Assembly: GCA_950097015.1 (NCBI GenBank)
Contig: CATNEN010000039.1
Coordinates: forward strand, 2,604,001-2,668,000
Direction: 5' to 3'
From: Macrostomum hystrix
Lineage: Eukaryota > Animalia > Platyhelminthes
Length of the DNA: 64,000 nt
Within the stretch, counting starts at the first letter, position 1. Each line of letters opens with the position of its first letter. Both the position numbers and the translations under genes were made by a program. The notes under the pieces were generated by a model. The model worked only from the letters and a program-made list of their open reading frames with translations. It had not been told where the DNA came from and made no database searches. Shown here piece by piece: positions 11,737 through 23,458 of this stretch.

Positions 11737-13288
11737 ACTGAGGGACTGGGATAACTGACACCCAAACTGATGGTCTGGGATAACTGACACCCAAACTGAT
11801 GGTCTGGGATAACTGACACGCAAACTGATGGTCTGGGATAACTGACACCCAAACTGATAGTCTGGGATAACTGACACGCAAACTGAGGGACTGGGATAAC
11901 TGACACCCAAACTGATGGTCTGGGATAACTGACAACCAAACTGATGGTCTGGGATAACTGACACCCAAACTGATGGTCTGGGATAACTGACACCCAAACT
12001 GATGGTCTGGGATAACTGACACGCAAACTGAGGGACTGGGATAATTGACACCCAAACTGATGGTCTGGGATAACTGACAACCAAACTGATGGTCTGGGAT
12101 AACTGACACCCAAACTGATGGTCTGGGATAACTGACACCCAAACTGATGGTCTGGGATAACTGACACCCAAACTGATGGACTGGGATAACTGACACCCAA
12201 ACTGATGGTCTGGGATAACTGACACCCAAACTGATGGTCTGGGATAACTGACACGCAAACTGAGGGACTGGGATAACTGACACCCAAACTGATGGTCTGG
12301 GATAACTGACACCCAAACTGATGGTCTGGGATAACTGACACGCAAACTGAGGGACTGGGATAACTGACACCCAAACTGATGGTCTGGGATAACTGACAAC
12401 CAAACTGATGGTCTGGGATAACTGACACCCAAACTGATGGTCTGGGATAACTGACACCCAAACTGATGGTCTGGGATAACTGACACGCAAACTGAGGGAC
12501 TGGGATAATTGACACCCAAACTGATGGTCTGGGATAACTGACAACCAAACTGATGGTCTGGGATAACTGACACCCAAACTGATGGTCTGGGATAACTGAC
12601 ACCCAAACTGATGGTCTGGGATAACTGACACCCAAACTGATGGACTGGGATAACTGACACCCAAACTGATGGTCTGGGATAACTGACACCCAAACTCAGA
12701 GACTGGGATAACTGACATCCAAACTCAGAGACTGGGATAACTGACATCCAAACTCAGAGACTGGGATAACTGACATCCAAACTCAGAGACTGGGATAACT
12801 GACACCCAAACTGAGGGACTGGGATAACTGACACCCAAACTCAGAGACTGGGATAACTGACATCCAAACTCAGAGACTGGAATAACTGACACCCAAACTC
12901 AGAGACTGGGATAACTGACACCCAAACTCAGAGACGGGGATAACTGACACCCAAACTCAGAGACTGGGATAACTGACACCCAATCTCAGAGACTGGGATA
13001 ACTGACACCCAATCTCAGAGACTGGGATAACTGACACCCAAACTCAGAGACTGGGATAACTGACACCCAAACTCAGAGACTGGGATAACTGACACCCAAA
13101 CTCAGAGACTGGGATAACTGACACCCAAACTCAGAGACTGGGATAACTGACACCCAAACTCAGAGACTGGGATAACTGACACCCAAACTCAGAGACTGGG
13201 ATAACTGACACCCAAACTCAGAGACTGGGATAACTGACACCCAAACTCAGAGACTGGGGTAACTGACACCCAAACTCAGAGACTGGGG
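11737..13288. repeat. 29-bp tandem minisatellite (CTGGGATAACTGACACCCAAACT-GATGGT/CAGAGA)n, two sub-arrays
   Basis: 29-bp period; GATGGT/GAGGGA variants to ~12690, then the CAGAGA variant. Confidence 0.97.
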
Positions 13289-13480
13289 TAGGTATGAATG
13301 GGTTGATTATTGTTATATTGAACTGAAGTTCTATAGATAAATGAAAATAGGAAATCTCAGCTGAATTTGTCTATGATCTGCAGCTGCGGATGCTATATGA
13401 GGGATTGCGATTTATCATATAAAAATTGTCAGTTGAACATATTATACATTTTCATCAGCTAATTTTACACCGCTGGACAA

Positions 13481-14229
13481 ATGAGCAGCGAAGAAAGCTT
13501 CAATTTGTGGTCCTCGGTAGTGATGCTGGGTCCAAAGAACTTCGATCAGTTCATCGATGGTCACGAGATCAGCCGGACCCTCTACAAGGTTGTACTTTTC
13601 GTGCGGCTTGCTGACAGCGAGATGAAATGCGGAGTGAGCCAGTTCCACTACCTGGCGCATAACTTCACTCACCGGTTCGCCCTGAACAGCGCCTTCCGCC
13701 TGCTGTTCGGTATTTACCCTATCGACTTCGACAGCTACCCGAGCTCTCTGCCACCCACCACTGACAGGGCCGTGGCTGCGAAACTGCTCGTTATGAAGAA
13801 CCTCGCGGATGAGACACTGGAGTTTGGCGGCGAGTTGGACATCTACAATTTCCGGAACAACTGCTCAGTCTTCATCAGCGAGTGCATCAAGGTAAGAATT
13901 TCATATAACCGTCATTCCCCTGTCTCCCACTGTCTCCCACTGTCTCCCACTGTCTCCCACTGTCTCCCACTGTCTCCCACTGTCTCCCACTGTCTCCCAC
14001 TGTCTCCCACTGTCTCCCACTGTCTCCCACTGTCTCCCACTGTCTCCCACTGTCTCCCACTGTCTAACTTACCCGACAGGCCTTCCAAAAGAAGAACAGC
14101 GCTGTGTACAACCGAAACATCATCAAGTGGAAAAGTGACAGCTGGTACAAGTGCATCGGCATCAACGAGGTGGCATTCTACACGGACAGACCCCCCGCGG
14201 ACAATGCCTGCAATGGTTCTCAGCAATAA
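13481..14229 (+). CDS. Uncharacterised 186-aa protein, possible redox-inactive thioredoxin-like fold, 2 exons
   Basis: Exons 13481-13891 (AAG|GTAAG) and 14080-14229 (CAG|GCC...CAA TAA), phase 0, GC3-rich codons. VVMLGPKNFDQFI...VVLFV resembles the start of a PDI/thioredoxin domain; there is no CxxC. Confidence 0.6.
13920..14065. repeat. 10-bp intronic repeat (TGTCTCCCAC)n
   Basis: Perfect array filling intron 13892-14079. Confidence 0.97.
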
Positions 14230-14938
14230 CTTCACCCTCTACGACATCAAGAGTAGATCAGATTGGATTTGACAATTTCTGATGATTGATTTTGGAGGTG
14301 TTGAATGATCGCTAACTAAACGTCAAAGGCTTTCACAAACTTAGCGGGACAAGAGCGAAGTTCAACTATGAATAATGAAATATCATGTATGTAGTATGTA
14401 CATTCATTTAGAGTACTTTTTTGTTAACAAAAACTTGCACTATTATATTCTGCTCTCAGAAGCACCGCGTCTTTTAAATAGAACCTACCATAGACAAAAT
14501 AAGAATTAAAGAACATTTGAGTTTGCATAATAGCTTCGATATCAGCTTGAAGCAGAACAGTTAGCTTATATTTAGGCTTAGTAGAGAAGGCTTAAAGTGC
14601 ATGAAAGGGCGCTAATTATTCGAATAATTAAAGCGGAGATTTTTAACAATTTCAGCTTTGTATGAAGCGGTTTTCTTCCATCGAAAAAAGTTGGCATGCA
14701 AAATTTTGTAGTTCTTGTCTCAAGTCTTTAGAATCTAATTGTTAGCTCGAAGATAATTAATATACTAAAAATAGAAACTGCAAATCAAAAGCTTTGATTA
14801 TAAGCACGTGGGTAAAAGCGGTGGCGAATTCCACTAAGAAGTTTGAAATGATGACTGCTTCTCTTCGTGCCCGGTGTCTCGTGTTTCTCGAGCGCCTATC
14901 AATTCATCAGAACAAACCCATCTGAAGCAGCTGGACGT

Positions 14939-17900
14939 CTAGTCCTTCTGGTCCATCTCCTGCGACACCGCCGACAGCTGCGAGTCCCGCCGCTTCCTCT
15001 GCGGCTCCGAATTCATGATGGACGCCGAGATTGCGTCAATCGTGTCCTCCTTCTCACCGGCCTCCCCGATCGAGCTCTGCTGCTCCTGTTGCTGCTGATG
15101 ATGCTTAGCCACTGTCTTGGCAGATGACGAGTCTTCGGCCTTCTTGGCCTTCAGCAGCTCGGTCTCCACAATGTCCTGGATGCGCTGACAGAGCTGCTCG
15201 CTCTGATCGTCAGTCTGGCCGCAGCACTGCTCCATCATGTGTTGTCGCTGGTTGCGCAAACTCACCGCCTGCGGGAGGGGTTAAGCGGCTGCGTTTGCGG
15301 CTTCAAGCTTGCTGGATTTGCATTTAGCAATGTGGAGCAAATCCTTGCCAAGTTAGCTAGAGTAGAATTCAAGTCTGTCCAAAAACCTAAATATTTTGCT
15401 AATCTGATGACCGGCGAGAGTACAATGAGTACAATGAATATTGCTAACAATGAGTACTATTGTTAGCAATTGCGAGCATGGCTAAAATGGTTGCACTTGT
15501 TTGAATAACACCCAGCACAAATGACAGCCGAACCTGGTACAGCAAGAACTGCAGAATGAGCTGCTGGTTGAAGCTGCTGGCCCGCTGGAAGCACTGTAAG
15601 GCTGCTGGGCAGAAGCGGCGGATGGCGTGCACGATCAGACGCGTGGCAAGGGGGATCACATTCAGCGGCGGCGGCAGCGAGGTCCTGCCGCGGAACTCCT
15701 CGATGAGGTCGTTTCGCTCGAATTGCCACAGAGCCTTGGAGTTGGAGTCGATCTCGTCCACTGTCTTGCTGAACAGCGCAATGATCAGGTTGAGCAGCAG
15801 AATCTCCGTGACAATCACGTACAGGGGCAGAATGAAGTACGGCACTAGGTACCTGCGAATTTGAGCCGAAAAGTACGACCCTGCAAATCCTTAACAGTAG
15901 AAAGACCATTCTAGGGGATATTTCAAATACCTTTTGAACTTTTCTTTGCTTCTGTATTTCTTAAAAAGTTCAACCAATCGCCATTTGGTTGGATCTTTCA
16001 GAATCACAAAACATCGGCATCGTCGAGATATTCAACGGTTCTCGTCGGAGTTTCTGGTGGCAAAAACCACAAATTTTGGCATAGTTTTAGTTGTCCTTGT
16101 CGCCAGGGCCTTCGACAAGAATCGCTGAATGTCTCGACGATGCTGACTCGGACGGCTTTGAAAGCTATTTAATCGCAAAGGGCGGAAAATTTTGATCCAT
16201 GTGGTGGACTTTGACGAAAATCGGTCACTCGGTTTGGGAGCTATGGAGAAGTGGGCAGTGGCTATTTCAAATACCCCTTGGTCTTTCTACTGTTCAGAGT
16301 AAATATTAAAGATCAAGGATCATAGGCCGAAGCATGACCACCGTACCTGCCCATGCTGTGCGGGCACCCCTGCGTATTGAAGGTCTTGTTCGCATAGATT
16401 TCGTCGCAGCTGTCATCTCCCATGATTGTGTCGAGGCTGTAGTCGCCCACCATGCTGTAGAAGCAAATCTTGAACATGGCCAGCACCACCTCAAAAGAGC
16501 TCATCTTCTCCGCGTTGTAGGCCTTGTAGCCGTTCGGGAATAGGAGCGCGTGGATGAGGACACCGAAGCCGAAGATGAAGATAAACAAGATAAACAAGAA
16601 CGGGATCATGTCTTTGCCAGTCATCCTGGCGATCATCTTCAGCTTCGGGCCGAGCGTCTCCATCACCGTGGAGATGTAGAGCAAGCGAACCCAGTAGAGC
16701 AGGCAGGAGATGCCTGCAATGCGGTTTCCAGCGCAGGGTCTTGATTGTCAAGCTGGATAATAAAAACCTCCGCTTTGAAATTTCGTTTGAACTTACTCAG
16801 GAAAATCCGAGCGATGTACCAGACCGTGTCATCGAAGTCCATGGCGAAGACTTCCTCGTTGGTTGTCATCACATAGTCGAGGCGAGTAAGCCGAATGCAG
16901 AAGCTGATGATGGCGCACAGCACGGCTCCAATGTCGATGAGGTTCCATTTGCTGGCGAAGAAGTTCTTCACATTCTCGCCCCTGACAATGCTAATGAACT
17001 CGCCGATCTCCTCAATCAGATAGCCGAAAACGATGGAGTACATGATGCACTCAGTCAGGTCAATGGAGTATTCCCAATTATACAGCAGGATGTACGACAT
17101 CAGTAGCACCATCACCACGTGCGATGTGGCATGGTAGCGGAACTTCACGGCCGGGATATGGTAGAAGTCGTACAGGTGAAGCGCCAATCTGCGCACGAAG
17201 CTCTCTGGAGCTGCGCTGGCGCCAGCCGAAGCAGCCGCAGTTAATGGCGACTTCTTGACACCATCGGCAGGTGGCTGCTGCTCATTAGTGTCACCCTCCA
17301 CTTGCTTCTCTTTCTCCTCCTTCGGCGCAGAAATGCCATCGGTGCCCTTGCTTCCAGCCTCAGCCTCAGTCACAACCTCTTCTGGATCGGTCTCGTCAAT
17401 GATGGCGTCCCTTGCAGAATTACCATCGGTGAGCAGGAAGCTGCAGTCCTGGCTCTCAGTTGAGTCGCAATCGCTCTTCTTAGTTGGACTGCGGTGGCGC
17501 TCCTCCATGAGCTTGCGGATTCTCTCCTGACGCATCAGATACCACGGGATGACGGGGTTCAAGGGGACCACCCCCAACCAGATGAGCAATTCTCGGATCA
17601 ATGGGTTCACATCGAACAGCGTTCCATACCACTTTTTCTCCAGCGCAATCTGGCAGGGCGGGCTCTGCAGGAACATGGCCGAGCTGTTCTTGGCTGCTAG
17701 ATCCATGCAAGACGCATTTCCGTAGGTTGGCAGTGGGTGCAGCAGATAGTCGGTGGTCACGTGCTTCTCATAGGATGTATCCACTTCGTACACAGTCTCC
17801 GCAATGTTGACAGCGAATCTCTCACAAGACAGAGCTTTTTGCTCCAGACTTTCAGGGTCCACGTTGACGCTGGGGTTGGTCTTGAAGGTGCGGAGTAGTG

Positions 17901-20031
17901 CCGCACAGAACAGAGCCATTGGTAGAATGTCGAACTTCTCCCGCTGGAGCAGGATCTCCGTCAGTTTGGTGCGGCCAGTCAAAATGGTCCAGATGACGAG
18001 CGTGTGCATCGGGTGGCGCATGAAGGCCACTTCCGGGTTGAGGTTGCCACGGTCGGCTTGCATTCCGAAGGCACTGCACCTCTGGCCATAGTGCCTGGCC
18101 AGGTGGCCCCAGTTAACGCGGTGCTCGCTAGCGAAGTGCCGATAAAAGTGCGTCAGCATTCCGGCAAACCCTCTGTCAGGCGTGTGCAAAAACAGTGCTT
18201 CGAGCTTTTCTTCAATCAAGCTCTCGATTCGATCCCAGACAAGGCCGCAGGAAACCAGCTTCGCCAGAATGACTGCGTCTTCGCGAAAAAGTACGTACCG
18301 AACAACATTGGCGGCCATCCTTCGCAGCAAGTTAATGTTCTGCTCGTCACACAGCACGTGAAACACTTCGGTATGCAGCAGCTTCAATAGAATCTCTTTA
18401 AACTCAATGAGGTCCATGTTTTCGTCTTTAACAACCTTCATCAACAGATTCTTCTCCTCCTCTTCACCTAGGTCGAGGTACTGCACATTGCACACCTGGA
18501 ACTCGTTGTCAACAGCGTCCAGAAAGCTAAGAAACTGAGCAAACTGAGTCGCATCAAGTAGCTCCTTGAAGCAGGTGGCCTTCACCGCCGCGGACATCTG
18601 GTCGGTATAAAAGTGGGCCAGGTCGCTCATCAGTACAACATTGTTCGCGCTCATTATCAAATCGATGGCCGTCTTGCCGTTGCTCGCCGGAAGATCGACA
18701 AAAGCGCCACGCGTGAGCAGCAGCCGGATGATGCGCCGGTTTTGGTTGAGCACTGCCACGTGCAGCGCGGTCTTGCCCTCGTAGCCCCGGTGATTCAGGA
18801 CCTGCTCGTTGCAGAAGTCGATCAGCTCGAGCACGTGGTGAAACGAGTCCTCCAGGCAGGCCCTGTGCAGCGGTGTGTTGTTCAGGCGGTCGTAAACATC
18901 GATGCGGGCGTGGCAGTCTTCTGCAAATCAGCGATTTTCACAACTAATACGAGATTCTCGGTACACATGGTGGCTCGCACTCCGAAGCCAGAATTATTCG
19001 AGAAAATTCGCTACTTATTTATCGTAAGTAGTCGTAGTTTGTAATGGACATGCAGACTGAAGGCCAGAACTTGTTTAAAAATGTCCCCCGTTTGGTCCAC
19101 ATAGCATTCGTATTGATTACAAACCGCGGCCAATTAAGCAATCTAAGCTGCGCATCTGGCTGGTTTGTCTGGCCAGTCTCAGAAAAATGTCTGACTTGCT
19201 GCAAGCAGACTGTTTGGAACCCGACCTGCAAGTGGCATCGGTGACCTTATCTCCGCTTCTCCACTTTGCTTCGTCCAGGCAAGCACCGGAATTCTTTCCC
19301 TATCCATTATTCAAGCCGAAACAAACCCGTCGTGCTGGTTCAGCCAGCCCTGGGGCACGAATAGACAATAAAATTAAGCCAGCCAACTTTTGCCAGGGTC
19401 CCAAGGTGTGCCTCTGCCCGCAGCCGTCTAACCCACATCGCGCCCATCAGTGTTGCAGGCATTTTGCTAATCTTATCGATGTGCTTCCGATCCCATTGCA
19501 GAAGATCAATGACCACGAAGAAAGTCCGAGGGGAAACAACTTACTCAGCAGACAGCGAATGACCTCCACGCTGGCCTGCCCGCTGTAGCGGTGAACGGGG
19601 TAGGCGCCGGATGAATAGGGAACGTCCGGACTGGCGCCCAGCTGGCAAAGGCGCCTCACAGTCAGCAGCCGCCTGGCACTGAGTGCGTGATGCAGCGGCA
19701 CCTTGCCGTCCGGTCCGCGCTTGTTCAGGTCGACGCCCTGCTCCTTGAACACGCGCAACGCCTGAAGGCTGCCATCGTAGGAGGCCAGCTGTACCAGGGT
19801 GCGCCTGTCGCGTACCGCCGCGTGCGGATTCGCTCCCTCGGCGAGCAGCTTGGCCAGCTCGACGAAGTTCTTGTCATCGTAGGCTTGCAGCAGGGGCGGG
19901 GGCGCATCGCCAGCTTCGCCCTCGGCGCTGCCACCGGTGTCGCCGCGCGACGATTGTCCGAGAATGTCGCGCAGGTAGGAGCTGGTTCGGCCGGCCCCTC
20001 CGGCCAGGGATCTCTTGGCCGATCGGAACAT
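14939..20031 (-). CDS. TRPM-like cation channel with N-terminal ankyrin repeats, ~1208 aa, 5 exons
   Basis: Exons 20031-19545, 18920-16797, 16713-16347, 15852-15534, 15268-14939 (3627 nt, phase-consistent). Six ankyrin repeats (e.g. GKTALHVAVLNQNRRIIRLLLTRGA). TRPM MHR4/pre-S1 motifs (LVIWTIL, YGNASCMDLAA, PCQIALEKKWYG), S1-S6 (LGPKLKMIARM; ILLLNLIIALFS), TRP box WQFER, LPPPLNVI, C-terminal coiled coil. Confidence 0.9.
15893..16294. mobile_element. MITE-like non-autonomous DNA element in the TRP channel intron
   Basis: Perfect 16-bp inverted termini AACAGTAGAAAGACCA / TGGTCTTTCTACTGTT, extended by imperfect AGGGG(A)TATTTSAAATA; no coding capacity. Confidence 0.7.
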
Positions 20032-20410
20032 TGCTGATTACCGGATTCTTTTCACAGAGTTGCAAGTGCCCAGGTGCGGCAGGCCTTTCTTAAACGGGCT
20101 GTTCCAGTGGGTGCATTTATGCTGTCTGCCGCAGAGTCATCCACAAATGGCTGCTGTGCTGGTATTTGCTGCCGAACTCTCCCCCCCCGGCTTCCTGTAC
20201 GGTCTGAACTGCCACAGAATCCCATGGCATTTTCGCTGGAAGCCTGCACTGTGCTGGCCGCAGCCTGGCCTTGGCGTCCCCGTGCCCAGATTCCTATAAC
20301 ACACTTACGGGATCGGGGAGCGTCTGTTTTAGAATTCGCTTCTGCTTTCTGCCTGACTTGTACTTTGAAAACGATTCTCTCTTTGACGAAGTTCATTTGT
20401 ACCCCAAAAA

Positions 20411-20690
20411 TCGATTCCACGGTGAGGCCACATTTATTTGGGACGCAGCGGCGGGAGAGAAGGCTTGGGGGCTTGTCGTGCAATTTAAGCCATTGAGGGC
20501 CAACCTCCTAGGCACAATCAGATTGTACACTGCCTGGCGATGAGAAAGTCAGGGCAGATGTACACACCTGTGTGAGTGTGTGCCTGTGTACAGAATCTGT
20601 GTGCGTGTGTGCTCAGGAGTCAGCAAAATGGGCAGAATTGCCTCCTCGCTGGCTGCGGGTCTAGTGTCACTTTTTATTATTATATGATCA
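20411..20690 (+). mobile_element. SINE family 1 copy, 5'-truncated at the B box
   Basis: Highly similar to 44413-44670 and ends in the same ATTATTATATGAT tail. Confidence 0.85.
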
Positions 20691-21319
20691 CGTTCACTGG
20701 ATAAAAATCTGTCTTCTTGATAATTGAGCTCGTTTACTAAAACGACGAATATTTGCTCCTACGAGCGTATAGGATATTTTTACACATTGTAGATAATTCC
20801 ACCTGTTACTAATTAAAAAATCGACTGCCAGTATCCCAGATCCCCAAGATGCTTGGCGCATTGTTCGACAGAGCGAGAAATCCTTTGTGGTCCTCCCGGA
20901 AGCTGATTCGACGTGCAACGGGAGTTCACGGGGGAGATGAAGGGCGCAGATTGAGCCGAGACAGGCTATGGGTTCGCCAAGGGCCATTCAGTCGAGGCCA
21001 GCCGCGCATGACTTTGCAGCGACAGCCTCAGCGGGAGCTCATTTGTGGACTTGTGCGTAAAGCAGGCGACCCGTGCCCACCCAAGCCATTCGTTTCTCCC
21101 TGACTTCTGATCTGCAGGCGAATTCGGATGAAGCATTGTGCAAACACTCCGCGGATGGCCCGCCCACGGACCGACCCTATCGGAAATTGCTCGATCGGGG
21201 AGATGGAGAAGACTGGTTAAAAACGGGAAAGAGGCCTCATAAGGGCAGAACGAGCAGGAGAAAATCTCTCCAGATCTGGGCTGAATTTCATCTCCCAGGA
21301 AAATTCTGTTGAATTCAGG

Positions 21320-22159
21320 ATGAGAGCTGAGCAGCCTGAGTCGCGGCGAATCAAGTTCGCGAGACGCCAGTCAAGATTTTCGCCCAGGTATTTGCTTGTC
21401 GATCTCGAGACTGCAGCCGCGCCAGCGGTGACCGAGGTGGACAGTAGCGCAGACAGTCAGCTGAAGATCCAGGTGGCCCTGGCGATGACCATCATGGCAA
21501 TTTTCGTGGCAGCCTTTCTGGCCGTTGTCTGCCTGCTGCTGCTCAAGCCGCAGCCAAGCGGCTACCTGCTCCTGGAGCCCAGGAGTCACTTCGGCGGCCC
21601 GCGGCTGGAGGTCGACCCGGGTAACTCCGAGGCCATGTCGATGCTGCTATCGCGGCTGCGCCACCAGCTGAGCCACGCCTCTGTCCGGGTCTGGCTGCCG
21701 CGGCTCAGCCGGGGAGGCAGGCAGCCGTGCGATTGCGCTGGTGAGCGGCGGTTCCCAGCCGACGGCGAGACCTGTGTGCCCTCTGTGGCGGCATTCGGGC
21801 CCTGCAACGCTTACACTGCCTTCGGCTACGTCAGGGGCGACCCCTGCATCCTGGTGAAGGCCGGGCCGCAGCTCTCCGGGAATTACTCCGAGAACCCGAG
21901 GGTGGCTTGCTCAGTGACTGGAGCGAATCTCAGCCTAGTCTACTACCCCACCATGCGGTACCTGACCCAATCCTTCACATATTTTCCGAGATACTTCTTC
22001 CCCTATGTGACAGACTCGCCCTACTACCTGCCTCCGCTAGCCATGGTGCAGCTCATGCGGCCGCCGCGAAATCTCCCAGTTGACGTGACCTGCTGGCTGG
22101 ACAATGACGCATTCCAGAATGTGAACACTCTTGCTCAGCTGCAGCTGATGTTCAAGTAG
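21320..22159 (+). CDS. Divergent Na+/K+-ATPase beta subunit-like protein (intronless ORF, 279 aa)
   Basis: Single N-terminal TM helix; FGPCNAYTAFGYVRGDPCILVK and FPRYFFPY...YLPPLAMVQL match beta-subunit signatures; Cys available for three disulfides. Confidence 0.82.
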   Translation: MRAEQPESRRIKFARRQSRFSPRYLLVDLETAAAPAVTEVDSSADSQLKIQVALAMTIMAIFVAAFLAVVCLLLLKPQPSGYLLLEPRSHFGGPRLEVDPGNSEAMSMLLSRLRHQLSHASVRVWLPRLSRGGRQPCDCAGERRFPADGETCVPSVAAFGPCNAYTAFGYVRGDPCILVKAGPQLSGNYSENPRVACSVTGANLSLVYYPTMRYLTQSFTYFPRYFFPYVTDSPYYLPPLAMVQLMRPPRNLPVDVTCWLDNDAFQNVNTLAQLQLMFK

Positions 22160-23458
22160 GGGCGAACTTGTGCCTTCCAATTGGAATGACTCGATCAGAA
22201 TCATTCTGTGCCGAAGTAACTAGACTACGGAGAGGATCCAAACTGTCATCGTGCTCGTACAATCGCAGCAACTTTCGTCATTTATGCGATTCACGTGATT
22301 CTGTGCTGCGTCTGCTCTTGACAGCCTCTGATTTCTGATTGGCTGGCGTCTTTATCTTCTTCTCCCCCTCTCTTTATTGATGCGTTCCCAGTATTTTCTC
22401 TGGTTGGATGGCGTCTCTTCTCTCTTTTTTTCTCTTCCTCGCCCGCTCTCTCTGATTGGCCACAATCACCAGCATCGTTTAAAACAAAGACAAAAACCTT
22501 TCTGCAGCTGACCTTGTTGATGCTGCACTCGTTCAGACTTTCTGGCCGCAAAACTGGCTTGCCTGACTGCTCCGAACAATAAGTAGGGATTTTTTATTCG
22601 TGCTCTTTCTCATGCTCCTTTTTTTCTTCAAAACCCACTTTCTTCAAAACCCGATTGCTTAAATACCGTATTGCTTAAGCTATTTATATATTTTAACATC
22701 AACTTCATTTCTCAAACCCTCAATCCCACAGATTCTCCATCCCTAAAATATTTAGGTAACCTGTTTACAAGTCACCTAGCTACGTATATCATAATTAGCG
22801 ACATTATGAATGCATGAAATTAGACTGATGCACGCTCGTAAGTGTGGTGGACCTGAGCAGTGCAATCAGACTAGTCTGACCCACAAAGTGAGCTCGCTCA
22901 CAGACTTAGAGAGACAGAATGTAAACAGGACAGCCTCTTCACGGCAGTAGGAGAGCACTCAAGCGGTCGCCCCCCCTCACCGCCCCCCTCCCTGCATGGG
23001 CAGGGCTAAGCTAAGCCCCAACACGCAAGATGGCCAGCAATGAATGCTAATGATAGAGTGAGGGACGGGGGAAAATGAACTGCTCCGCGCCATATAGGCC
23101 CACATTCTCAGCCAGCTATTTTGTTGTTATTATTTTTGTAGGCAACGGTTCCAGCACTCGGACCAGTCCAGGGCGGGTGGGGCGGGCAGCCTCCCGGCGG
23201 GCAGCCACCACACACCTCGGAGAGACAGACGGAGGGGTGGACGCGAGCCACATTTGGCACAAAAGCAACTGGAACTGCGCATTCTATTTAGTATGCGAGG
23301 GCCACCCCTTTTCACACTGTGTGGCTCAGGCTTCTTTTGAATAGCCTCTTCCGGCCCTCCTCTTTTCCAAGACAACTTAAAGCTGGAGGCTGCACTGCGG
23401 GCGGCCTTTCCCCTCTGTCCTGCTCTTTTGAGACTCCGCTCCCGAGGAACTGGACGGC

